Assembly (NCBI GenBank): GCA_963662435.1
Contig: OY759598.1
Coordinates: 3,879,923-3,943,922 of the forward strand
Direction: 5' to 3'
DNA: 64,000 bases
Source: Dehalococcoidia bacterium
Lineage (GTDB): Bacteria; Chloroflexota; Dehalococcoidia; Lucifugimonadales; VXLM01
Part shown: one piece after another, positions 36,103-44,823 of the stretch
How positions within the stretch are numbered: the stretch's first letter is position 1
Layout: each line of letters begins with the position of its first letter
Made by a program: the position numbers and the translations under genes
The notes under the pieces: model-generated
The model's input: the letters and a program-made list of their open reading frames with translations, nothing else
Told to the model about the DNA's origin: nothing
Database searches by the model: none

Positions 36103-36928
36103 TGTCCAGGAACTGCACCAGGGCCACCATGTCGGCGTTGTAGACGTAACCGCGTGAGCCCTTGGTGACCGGCAGGCCCATGCCCGCGGCCAAGTCCACC
36201 ACCGAGTCGGGAAACTCCGAAGACATGCGGAACATCTGCCCCGCGTACTCGTCGGGAGGCACTTCGCTCTCGTCGGACGGGTACTGGACCGGCATCGCGG
36301 ACATTTCCGAAAGATGGGCGTTGTAGATCAGCACATTGCCGTCGTTGGTCTCCATGGCCATGATCTCTTCGGCCAGGGGCACCGGATTCCCGTCCGTGGC
36401 GGCGCCGTCGGTGACGCTGATCACCATAGGGGGATAGGAGCTCGGGTGATCGACTATCCAGTCGTGGAGCGCCTGGGAAGCTGTGGACAACGCCGCGCAC
36501 ATTGGCGTACCCCACTTGGCTTCGGGGTTCAGCCACACAGGGAACTTTCGGGTTACCTCCACGAGACCGCCTGCGCCGTCCGGCTCCTTCACCTGCCTGT
36601 CCTCCACGGTGGCGGCGTCGACAACCTGGCTGATGGTGAGGAAGGGTTCCTTCGGAGAGGTCCCTGGAAGGGCGGTCTGCACGTCCGGATTCCCCGAGGC
36701 GTCCGAGGTGTATGTGATTACGCCGACATGGAAGTAGTCGCGAACGTCCATGCCCTGTGAGCAGCGTTGGGAGATGGCGTCGAGGATGCGGTTCACGGCA
36801 TCGGCCGCCCCGTCCATTTTGCGCAACTCCGGCTGACCACCCAGCGCACCCGCCATCGAACCCGACTGATCAATCAGAAAGAGAAAGCAACCGGGGTTGT
36901 TTCTGCTGATATCAGCCGTATACGGCAT
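36071..36928 (-). CDS. von Willebrand factor A (vWA, TerY-like) protein
   Basis: MIDAS FLFLIDQSGSM, later VISVTDGAATDG. The start is taken at ATG 36928 (MPYTADISRNNPG) with GGGGAG upstream. The track ORF opens at 37048. Confidence 0.8.
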   Translation of the reverse strand: MPYTADISRNNPGCFLFLIDQSGSMAGALGGQPELRKMDGAADAVNRILDAISQRCSQGMDVRDYFHVGVITYTSDASGNPDVQTALPGTSPKEPFLTISQVVDAATVEDRQVKEPDGAGGLVEVTRKFPVWLNPEAKWGTPMCAALSTASQALHDWIVDHPSSYPPMVISVTDGAATDGNPVPLAEEIMAMETNDGNVLIYNAHLSEMSAMPVQYPSDESEVPPDEYAGQMFRMSSEFPDSVVDLAAGMGLPVTKGSRGYVYNADMVALVQFLDIGTRAAADLR

Positions 36929-37129
36929 GCTGTCTTCTCCCCAGGCCGAAAAATGCTCTAAGTGAACTCCATGTTCAGTATAGCAGCCCAACAAGCCAAT
37001 GGTCGATGTTTCTGAGAGGTAGAACTCCAAAGGTGGGGCTTGATGCAACGAGGGCTCTGTCCCTACAGATCCAGAACGACCGTACTCCTGTGGACTCCGC
37101 TCATCAGATGAACCTGTCCGGCTTTTCGC

Positions 37130-37440
37130 CGGATGTAACGCACCCCCACTTCAAGCGCGTTTTCCGGGGTCTAATGTCATTGGGGTGCCGCTCCAACCGG
37201 CCCGCCGATGTCAATCCCGCCGTTTGGCGATGTCATTGCGGTCCGGAACGCCATGTTTCAACAAAGTGTTTCCTGTTCACGTCCTGTAGAGGGGCAATTT
37301 ACCCCTGTGCCAGCTGCGAAATCACGACTCTGGCCGCTCTGCTACAAAACTGAAACTCCTGTACACCCCCAATACTGCGCGAAAGGGGCCGAAGGAAAGA
37401 GAGCCTGTAGCCCCCCGCGTCCCTGCGCAGAGCTATGAGG
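37130..37440 (+). repeat. non-coding dispersed repeat, copy B (inverted relative to copies A, C, D and E)
   Basis: See copy A. It occupies the intergenic space between the SBP gene 3' end and the vWA gene 5' end. Confidence 0.7.
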
Positions 37441-37531
37441 GGTCTTATCTCCAGTTTGATTTGGTCACACTCTCTTGCGACTCCCCTGAATCACTGAGCC
37501 GAGAGGAGACGAAACTCTTCGGCAGTACCAG

Positions 37532-38302
37532 CTAGAACGTCGAGGCGTCCTCGCCCACCCACTTGCGGATGAGGTCGTTCAGGGAATCGTCAGCCTTCAT
37601 CTCGGCCAGGGCCGAGTTCAGCTTCGCCAGCAGGTCGTTGTTGTTGCGCACGCCTATCCCTATACCCCGGTCAAGCAGCACGGAAGGGCCGACGACGGCC
37701 AGACGCCCCTCGTACTCCGAGAGCTTCTCCGTGGCGTAGGCATGGTCCACCAGCATCGCGTCGATGTCGCCGTTCAACAGCGCCGCCAGCCGGTCGTCCT
37801 CATCGCTGAACTCCGTGTACGCAATGCCCCGTTCCGTGAAGTAGTCCGAGTAGATGGTGTTGGCGTAGGCTCCGAGCCGACCCTCAACGGCCTCGCCGCC
37901 CACTCCTTCAAGGGCCAGATAGACGGACGGAGTGGGAGGGTAGTACGGCTCGGTGAAGTCGATGGTCATGTTCCGCTTGTCGGTGATGCTCATACCGGCG
38001 ATGATGGCGTCGAACTCTCCCGCCACCAGGTCCGGGATCATGCTCTCCCAGTCATTCAGCACCCACTCGCACTCAAGATCGGCCCTGCGGCACAACTCGT
38101 CTCCGAGCTCGCGCTCCAACCCGTCGATCTCGCCGTCGTCGTTGATGAAGTTGAAGGGGTGGTAGTCGCCCTCGGTGGCCAGCCGCACGGGCTCCGTGTC
38201 GTCACTGCACGCAAGCAAAGCAACTGCCAACCCGGCGACCATGATCGCCAGCAGCAGTTTACAGAGAGACCGCCTGAAAGCCCCCAACACAATGAACCTC
38301 AC
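37532..38302 (-). CDS. ABC-transporter substrate-binding lipoprotein (family 3, amino-acid type)
   Basis: Lipobox LLACSDD. YHPFNFINDDGEIDGLERELGDELC, IIAGMSITDKR and LAVVGP...GIGVR blocks. GTG start at 38302. Confidence 0.75.
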   Translation of the reverse strand: MRFIVLGAFRRSLCKLLLAIMVAGLAVALLACSDDTEPVRLATEGDYHPFNFINDDGEIDGLERELGDELCRRADLECEWVLNDWESMIPDLVAGEFDAIIAGMSITDKRNMTIDFTEPYYPPTPSVYLALEGVGGEAVEGRLGAYANTIYSDYFTERGIAYTEFSDEDDRLAALLNGDIDAMLVDHAYATEKLSEYEGRLAVVGPSVLLDRGIGIGVRNNNDLLAKLNSALAEMKADDSLNDLIRKWVGEDASTF

Positions 38303-38436
38303 CGTAGTAATGTCTTGCCCCAATTTCACCCTGTTTAGGCCTGCGTGGACAGTAGATGGCACCACCTTTGAATTGTGGCTGGATCAGTGAGCCCATGCGT
38401 GCTCTGAGCCTGCCTTCAACGTGAACCATCGACAAT

Positions 38437-39864
38437 CTATTGGGATGTAGGTGCGCCCTCCAACCCACATGTTTCGAAGGCGTCAGTCAACTCTTCCGGT
38501 ACTTCGCCCAAGCTGGCTGACTGCATGGCTTCCACCAGTTGCGTCGGACCGCCTAACTCCTCGAACAGGCAGGCCGTTCCCTCTTTGTCCTCGGGCTGCA
38601 TACCAAGCCTCGGGGCATAGGTCTCCCATTCATCATCGTTCATGCAGACCACGGAGACGTTGAGCGCGACCATGCTCAGCGCAAGAGAATTCGCGGGAGT
38701 ACCCCCGGCGATGGCTGGAGCCAACAAACCGCGCAGATTAATCGGCACGAATCCTTCCCGTATGCAATTTGAGGTCTCTTGGCTGAAGGGTTCAACCTGT
38801 CCGACCAGCGTTGTCAGGAACAACCTCAGAACCGTATCGTCTTGCAGGCAGTTGACGATGTCCGCAGTGGTTTCCGGTGAGCCACCGGGCGAACGCCCCG
38901 TCATCTGCAAGAGTTCCTGGGGGCCGATGCCTTGATCGCCGAGGCAGGACTGTTCCCTGGCCGACAGCCCAGAAAGGAACGATTGGGGGTCGTCAACAGC
39001 TACAGGGTGCAGTGTGTCCGGCTGCAGCCCGATACCCTCAGTTGAGCTATCGCCACCGATGCCGCCGGTGCCGGAGTCCTCAGGCATATTCTCCGGCATT
39101 CCAGCAAAGCCCACGCCGCACTTCGCCGCTGCGCCGATGAAATTACTCGGCAAGCCGGATTCGTCCGTTCGGAGCAGGGCTTCTGCCACTCCCGCCGGGC
39201 CGCCCAGTTCCGCCAGCAGGCAATCCGTGCCAGATTCGTCACGAGGCCCTAACTCCAGTGCGGGGGCCGCCGCCTGCCACTCCTCGTCGTTCAGACAGGC
39301 GGTGAACGTCAAAAAGCTCGCCAATCCAGTCATCTGTGTGTCCGTCGATCCAGCATCCTCGCGGGTCGATTTCATCATTGGACGCAGGTCTATCCCGCCG
39401 AGACCGGCGCGGATGCACGCGGATGTCTCGGGACTCAATTCTCCCGTCGCCATCAGCGGCTCGCTCAGGAACAGACGCAGCACAGTCTCATCTTCCAGAC
39501 ATTCGAGGATGACGTCCCCCTCTTCGGACGAATCGGTAGGTGTCATGGCGGCCATCACCTGAGAGACGCCGATGTCGTTGTCGGAAAGGCACGATTGTTC
39601 ATCAGCCGACAGGCTGGACAGAAATACCTGAGGATCGTCCATGTTGAGAGGAGTAAGATCCTGAGCAGTCTCCGACCCGTCCTCCGGCGGGGTTGCCGTT
39701 CCCGTAGGTTGTGGAGTGGCCGTTGGCGTGGCGGTGGCTTCCGGCGCACGCGTGACTGTTGGCTCGGCCGTGGGCTGCGCTGCCGGTGCTGGGTCGTCGC
39801 CAGAGCAGGCCAGGACCGCACTGAGCGACGCCAAGACTAATGCAATCTGGATCAACTTCAGCAT
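38437..39864 (-). CDS. secreted lipoprotein with two copies of an uncharacterised six-Cys module
   Basis: Lipobox LSAVLACSGDD and a Thr/Pro linker. Two modules follow the pattern FLS.LSa.EQSCL...CL.DeTVLRLFL...ETS.CIR.G...DLR...aCLNDEEW...CL..ELGGP...CG. Confidence 0.7.
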   Translation of the reverse strand: MLKLIQIALVLASLSAVLACSGDDPAPAAQPTAEPTVTRAPEATATPTATPQPTGTATPPEDGSETAQDLTPLNMDDPQVFLSSLSADEQSCLSDNDIGVSQVMAAMTPTDSSEEGDVILECLEDETVLRLFLSEPLMATGELSPETSACIRAGLGGIDLRPMMKSTREDAGSTDTQMTGLASFLTFTACLNDEEWQAAAPALELGPRDESGTDCLLAELGGPAGVAEALLRTDESGLPSNFIGAAAKCGVGFAGMPENMPEDSGTGGIGGDSSTEGIGLQPDTLHPVAVDDPQSFLSGLSAREQSCLGDQGIGPQELLQMTGRSPGGSPETTADIVNCLQDDTVLRLFLTTLVGQVEPFSQETSNCIREGFVPINLRGLLAPAIAGGTPANSLALSMVALNVSVVCMNDDEWETYAPRLGMQPEDKEGTACLFEELGGPTQLVEAMQSASLGEVPEELTDAFETCGLEGAPTSQ

Positions 39865-40335
39865 GTTCAGCCTCTGTGTATGGAGAATGAGGTTGCTCTC
39901 TCGCCGCTTCAAACCAGCGTCCGCCCTTCCGAGAGAACATCGCCGCCACCCATTGCACGTCTCAATGGAATTCAGGCCCCCGGAGGGCGGTAGCTCACCG
40001 TTTTCTGGGTAGCTGTGTCGATCTCCTCTGGAGTGAGCAGCTGCACCGTACTGATGCTGAGTGCGCCTCCCGCCGTAATGGCAAGGGAGATTGCGGCTGC
40101 CGTCGCCGCATCGGGCAGGTCAAAGATGATGTACAGGTCCGCACCACCGAAAGCATAGTAGAACGCCTCCAGCTGTCCACCTTGCTCGCTACCCATCTCT
40201 TCAAATACCTTCCGCCGCGAACTGCCGCCTTCCCGCAGCAGACCCTGCATTCCCGTCGGTGTGTAATTTGCCTGATAAAGGTACTTGGCCATAACGAACC
40301 TCCCTATTCAAGTGTTGTCGTGCCTTCTCGCACCA
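39376..40335 (-). repeat. left copy of a 0.96-kb direct segmental duplication
   Basis: About 90% identity by eye with 45606-46565. It covers the GYD gene plus the 5' third of the lipoprotein gene. Confidence 0.75.
39972..40292 (-). CDS. GYD-domain protein
   Basis: MAKYLYQANYTPTGMQGLLREGGSSRR...LEAFYYAFGGADLYIIFDLPDAATAAAISLAI has the typical GYD-family layout. Confidence 0.75.
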   Translation of the reverse strand: MAKYLYQANYTPTGMQGLLREGGSSRRKVFEEMGSEQGGQLEAFYYAFGGADLYIIFDLPDAATAAAISLAITAGGALSISTVQLLTPEEIDTATQKTVSYRPPGA

Positions 40336-40488
40336 GATCACCGCTTTTTCGACGGACGGGGCGCAGTGTCCTGACGGCGCTTCCATCTATTGCAACCACA
40401 TTATACAGTTGCGATAATCAAACAACTAGCGCATATTGCCGTGATTGACGAGAGTTTGTCTGGTAGGCGGTTCACCGAGGAGAGATTG

Positions 40489-40831
40489 ATGGCTAGGACA
40501 GCGAGCTTCGATGGAGGGGCCTTCTTCGCCGCTCTGGATGCGGAGCGGCAGGCCCGCCGACACACCTGGAGACAGGTGGCGGAGGAATGCGGTATCAGCG
40601 CCTCCACCTTAACTCGCATGGCTTCGCATGGCTCAAGGCAGGAACCCTGACGTGAACGGACTGGCGGCGTTGGCGGCCTGGTCGGGGCTGGAAGTGGGTC
40701 GCTTCGTCAAGAGCGCCGTCACCAGACAAGAACCCAAGCCTATGGCAGTTATCTCTTCTTGCCTGCACGCCGACCCACGCCTCACCGAGGAGGCCGCCGT
40801 CGCCATCGACCAGATGGTTAGGGCAGCCTAA
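40489..40831 (+). pseudogene. XRE-family HTH regulator disrupted by a 10-bp tandem duplication
   Basis: TCGCATGGCT occurs at 40614-40623 and again at 40624-40633. Removing one copy fuses ..WRQVAEECGISASTLTRMA to QGRNPDVNGLAALAAW..., giving a 111-aa ORF. SD GAGGAGAG lies before the ATG at 40489. Confidence 0.75.
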
Positions 40832-40876
40832 GGGCAGCCTATAGGAGCATGGCGGGCCAGCGAGAGGATTGACGGG

Positions 40877-40945
40877 ATGAATCCCGAAGAACAGGCCAGG
40901 GTCAATATAGACAGCCTGCTTGAGCAGGCGGGATGGCTGTGTAGG
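40877..40945 (+). pseudogene. short N-terminal fragment of a restriction-enzyme/helicase R-subunit-type protein
   Basis: MNPEEQARVNIDSLLEQAGW resembles the conserved N-terminus of HsdR/Res-type proteins. Nothing recognisable follows. Confidence 0.35.
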
Positions 40946-41041
40946 ACGCCGACAGCAACGCCCCTGTCCCACAAGCGAAGTCGCCGATGCGCAACCTGCC
41001 GATAGCCCCGGCGTCGGCCCAGTCCGCTCCGTCTATTTTGG

Positions 41042-42021
41042 CTACGGCGAGCCGGCTAGGAGCGCGGTCGAGGCTGGCAGGGTGTAGAACGTAGCTAGGT
41101 ACTTCCGGGCGGCAATGAGCCTCTGGAAGATGCGTCCGGTCAGGTCGTGGGCGTTGTCGACGCCGGTGGCTTCAACTTCTTGGGCGGTCTCCAGCAACTC
41201 CCGCAGGGCGCTAGTGGTAACGTCTCCGGGAAGCTGCTCCAAAATGTCCTTGGCTATGGCAAAGATGGGCCAGTAATTGATCTTCAGGATCTCTTCCCAG
41301 GCCGTTAGCGTCTCACCCTGTGGATTCCCCACACTCGGACCGCACACCAGGCGCAGAGGCTTCACGCCCTCATGTATTCCCGCGATGCGCTGGTGGAAGA
41401 CCATGGCGTTGGCGATGATGGCGCAGGCCATACGGCGGGTCTGAGGAACGTCGCTCATTCCTAGCAGCCGGGCATGACGGGGGTTACGTTGGGGCGCAAC
41501 TTCGCCATTTCCTCCAAACGGTTGGCGGCCTGCCCAATACCCTGCTCAAGCGTGTCAGCCGCCTGCTCCACGGCTTTCTGGGGGACTGATACCAGACGGG
41601 CAAGGGCGGCCAAGTCGGTTGCTGAACCTTCCAGCCACCCCGATTCGGGAAACCGACTGCCGTCTTGGTGCAGGACGTAGTAAGAGAGACGAGCTTCGGA
41701 GAGTACCTGGCGCACATCATAGGCATCCTCCACAACCTTCGGGTAGCGCACCGCTATGGCGGCCTCGACCGGTCGGGGCTGGCCCTGCACGCGAAGTCCC
41801 AATCGGTCGGAGGCGTCTCTCTCCACTTCGGCGGCAGGTTCGTATTTGGCTTCAACCACTACAGGGGAGCGGCCAGGGGCGGCAATAAGAACGTCGGCAT
41901 GGCGGCCCGGATAGTCGAGGAAAGTCTGGGTGTTCTCGGAGCGAATTTCACAGCCCGCCATCATCCCCCGTAGCAACTCGCCCAGTGCGTTGTTCGCGTT
42001 CGGTTCTGTCTGTCTCGGCAT
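41042..42021 (-). pseudogene. broken restriction-modification-type gene (PD-ExK N-domain, helical domain, start of a methyltransferase region)
   Basis: HADVLIAA...PVVVEAKYE nuclease-like motif. The ORF stops at 41461 and resumes in another frame (MSDVPQ...). It ends in ..KYLATFYTLPASTALLA, where a SAM-MTase domain would begin. Confidence 0.4.
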
Positions 42022-42062
42022 GTTGAATCAGTCAGCCTGCGGCCTACCCAGTTGCTCGGCCT

Positions 42063-42458
42063 CTATTGGATTGAAGGATCGCCGAATACAGCGGCGAATG
42101 TCTGGTCGAAGGTCTTGACCTCGCGGACACCACGCCTTCGGCAACTGGCCAGGTGACAGAGGTTCCGGGCCTGCAACGTGGGGTGTTGCTCGTGTAGTTG
42201 ACGGGCAAGAGCCACGTCATCCTCTTCCAGCGGCCAAACCTCAACTGCTGCGCTCGCCATCAGCTCCAGCGTCGCATCGAAGGTTTGTAACCTTCGCGTT
42301 GGCAGGTACACATGGGCCAGTTCCTGCATCACCTCCGTTGATGTGCACAGAGGCGTGCCGCTCCGGTTGGCTTCGACGAAGAAGTCCTGGGCAGGCGCCT
42401 GGAGGGCGTGGGGGCGACCCACCGCGTACATGAAGACGTTCGTGTCTACGAAGATCAT
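42063..42458 (-). CDS. vapC: PIN-domain toxin VapC
   Basis: MIFVDTNVFMYAV, QELAHV, and a C-terminal FDQTF. 4-nt overlap with the upstream antitoxin. Confidence 0.85.
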   Translation of the reverse strand: MIFVDTNVFMYAVGRPHALQAPAQDFFVEANRSGTPLCTSTEVMQELAHVYLPTRRLQTFDATLELMASAAVEVWPLEEDDVALARQLHEQHPTLQARNLCHLASCRRRGVREVKTFDQTFAAVFGDPSIQ

Positions 42459-42730
42459 GTGCCGGTGAGTCCTGTCGCCCGCGACTCATTCATGGTGCGC
42501 AAATGCTCATCCCAGTCCGACTCTGTCTCAGGCCCATCCAGGGCAGCACATGACCTGAAGAACGTCTTCACATCATCCGGTGACTGGAACAGCTTTACCT
42601 GCTGGCGTGCTTCGAGGCGCTCTCGTGCGGCTGCCCGCATCCATGCGCTAAGGGACATGCCTTCTCGTCGCGCCTGATCTACGAAACGCTCCCTATCTTC
42701 GTCCGCCATTACCAACTGTACTCTGGCCAT
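42455..42730 (-). CDS. vapB: ribbon-helix-helix (CopG-type) antitoxin VapB
   Basis: MARVQLVMADEDRERFVDQARREGMSLSAWMRAAARERLE. Confidence 0.8.
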   Translation of the reverse strand: MARVQLVMADEDRERFVDQARREGMSLSAWMRAAARERLEARQQVKLFQSPDDVKTFFRSCAALDGPETESDWDEHLRTMNESRATGLTGT

Positions 42731-42904
42731 ATCAACCTCCCATAAAGCTGAAGCAAGTGTGTAAGATGGTTACACATACTGAAGGTCGAAGTCAAGGGAC
42801 ACTGCGACGGTTGAGAAGATGCAGTGCCGATTGCGAACCGGAGCGCCTGCGCCGACAGCAGCTACGTCAACTCCTGACGTGTGACCGACAAGGTCTCCCT
42901 GCAA

Positions 42905-43333
42905 TCACTTATCGGGACGGTGCTCCAGCGAATCCTTCCAGAGCAGAGATAAAGTCAGAATTCTCTCCGCCAGTTTGGAAGCCGTATGTTTCCGCATCGT
43001 CCTTGTAGTATGGACCATCTTGCCGTAGTCACTATCCGCCTCTATCCATCCCACTCCACCAACCCACACTTTCCATTTGTGATCACTCTCAGGCTCCCAA
43101 GCATCGGGCTGATATTGTCGTTTCGTCAACTCGTCTCGTATTGCCTTGTATTCTCCGTGAAGATGCTCGGGGACATAAACTCCCGCAAGCACGAACGGTG
43201 TCCAACAGGCTCGTAGTCTCGACCTTGCATCCCCTGGATGAGTGGCCAGAATTCCGACTGATTCACACAGTTTGCCGTGGTGGTATCTGGATGATGCTTG
43301 GATGTCCATCTTTAGACGAGCTTGCGTTCGCAT
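42905..43333 (-). CDS. hypothetical protein
   Basis: 142-aa ORF with ordinary composition and no recognisable motif. Confidence 0.4.
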   Translation of the reverse strand: MRTQARLKMDIQASSRYHHGKLCESVGILATHPGDARSRLRACWTPFVLAGVYVPEHLHGEYKAIRDELTKRQYQPDAWEPESDHKWKVWVGGVGWIEADSDYGKMVHTTRTMRKHTASKLAERILTLSLLWKDSLEHRPDK

Positions 43334-43648
43334 CTAAGTGCTGTGCCAAGGGCGTGTACAGTTCAATGCGCAGGCTTTGGAGCAAATTGGCCGGAACGAA
43401 GTCCTAATGTCAATCGCAGGTTTAGAAAGAGGCTACCCTCAATTAAACCGCACGACGAGTCAACACGAAGAAGTCGGGAACCGGTTCTCTCTAGCGCCTA
43501 GCCCACAACCCGAAACGGATCGGGAATCACATGGATTGGTTACGAATCAGTGAAAACGCCAATCGACACCTTCTGGCAAAAGAACTCGGTTCCGACAAGA
43601 CCGATGTGACTAGATTGGGGCTAAGGTCGTATGGCGGGGCCTCTATAG

Positions 43649-44482
43649 CTACACGCTGTCCGAAGGTGCGATACCGTACTTGTCTAGAAGGAATGAGCGC
43701 AACGCCTCAGGAACACAACGGGCGACTTCCTGCCACGTGACGACGCCGCACCTAGCACGCAGTTCAGGGTCGCGCACAGAAGACACGACACAAGACACGG
43801 CGTCGATGAGGTCGTAGCGCCGCTCATCGCAGATGAGCCTGAACCGAATGCCAAGGTGGTGCGCAGCTAACACGTTGCGGAGGAGCTGATAGTGGCGGTA
43901 TTTGCCGCCCAGCATGGGAAGGGTAGACGGCTCAAATACGGCCTGGAAGTCACAGTACCGTTCGACAACCTCGATGCGTTTGTCGGTGAAGCCGGTCTCA
44001 GTCAGCTTGGACTCTATCAACAGGTCTTCGACTCTCAGGTCAACCTCTGTGTCACGACCTGCGTCCCGGCGAGGCACCCCAGGATTGAACCCGAAGCTAG
44101 GCCGAGGCTCGGCCGCTGTGGAAAGTCCCAGCAGTTGGACCAACGGACCGTGTTGGAAGACACCGGGATAGCAGAACACGTTCATAAGCAGCGCATCGGA
44201 ACTCGTGCAGGAATCCAACTCCATTGCTTCTGCGCGACGTTCTTCCGGCAGATCTTTCCGCCGAGTGTGAGCCTTTTGGAGCCGCCGCGCCCACTCTGGA
44301 TTTCGACAGATGGCGCGGTACGAGGCGTTGAGGAAATTGCCGTGCCGGACCGGCTCCTGACTCGGCAAGAACAACACCACGGGATTGGTCCGTCCGCAGC
44401 TGAGGTAATAGGGCAAGTTATGACTGTCGGCGTACCTCTTAGCCACCTCAATGATGCGTTGTCGCAATTCGTTTCCGTTCAT
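43649..44482 (-). CDS. candidate PD-(D/E)xK restriction-endonuclease-like protein
   Basis: ELDSCTSSDALLMNVF followed by TEVDLRVEDLLIESKLTE (a D...E.K arrangement). 4-nt overlap with the upstream ORF. Confidence 0.45.
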   Translation of the reverse strand: MNGNELRQRIIEVAKRYADSHNLPYYLSCGRTNPVVLFLPSQEPVRHGNFLNASYRAICRNPEWARRLQKAHTRRKDLPEERRAEAMELDSCTSSDALLMNVFCYPGVFQHGPLVQLLGLSTAAEPRPSFGFNPGVPRRDAGRDTEVDLRVEDLLIESKLTETGFTDKRIEVVERYCDFQAVFEPSTLPMLGGKYRHYQLLRNVLAAHHLGIRFRLICDERRYDLIDAVSCVVSSVRDPELRARCGVVTWQEVARCVPEALRSFLLDKYGIAPSDSV

Positions 44483-44772
44483 CCCTGAATCCTTTCTAGG
44501 TGCGCCCTGATGGCGTGGAGCACAATTGGGCGTTTCTTGGCATTAAGCCATGGCGTGAGACGACGGCTTTGCTCTCCCGGACCTAAAACTCCAGCCTGAC
44601 CCTCAGCGTGAAAGTTCTTGATTTTGTCAAGTCTGGTGGGCCTATTTTGACGGTAGACAGAACCATTTTCGAGATGTGGCTCGGCAGCCCATCCGTCCCT
44701 GCAAGTCCGTAGTATAACCATGAGATCGTCAGGCTGTCCGCTCCGGTGTGCAGCCATTCTTCGTTGTTCCAA
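44479..44772 (-). CDS. hypothetical protein, translationally coupled to the nuclease-like ORF
   Basis: 97-aa ORF ending in ATGA overlap with 44482. No motif recognised. Confidence 0.35.
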   Translation of the reverse strand: MEQRRMAAHRSGQPDDLMVILRTCRDGWAAEPHLENGSVYRQNRPTRLDKIKNFHAEGQAGVLGPGEQSRRLTPWLNAKKRPIVLHAIRAHLERIQG

Positions 44773-44823
44773 GCCCCCTCAAGATAGTAGAATAGGGTGG
44801 AAGCACATTCTGAAAGGAGGCGC

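Noticed and set aside
34661-36157. 498-aa plus-strand ORF across the kinase and PP2C genes.
   Set aside because: It is antisense to two ORFs with clear catalytic motifs. Its translation is Ser/Arg/Ala-rich with no motif.
37085-37125. CTGATGAG on the minus strand next to copy B of the repeat, a hammerhead ribozyme core candidate.
   Set aside because: No GAAA box or stems I-III can be drawn in the required positions. A single 8-mer match is expected by chance.
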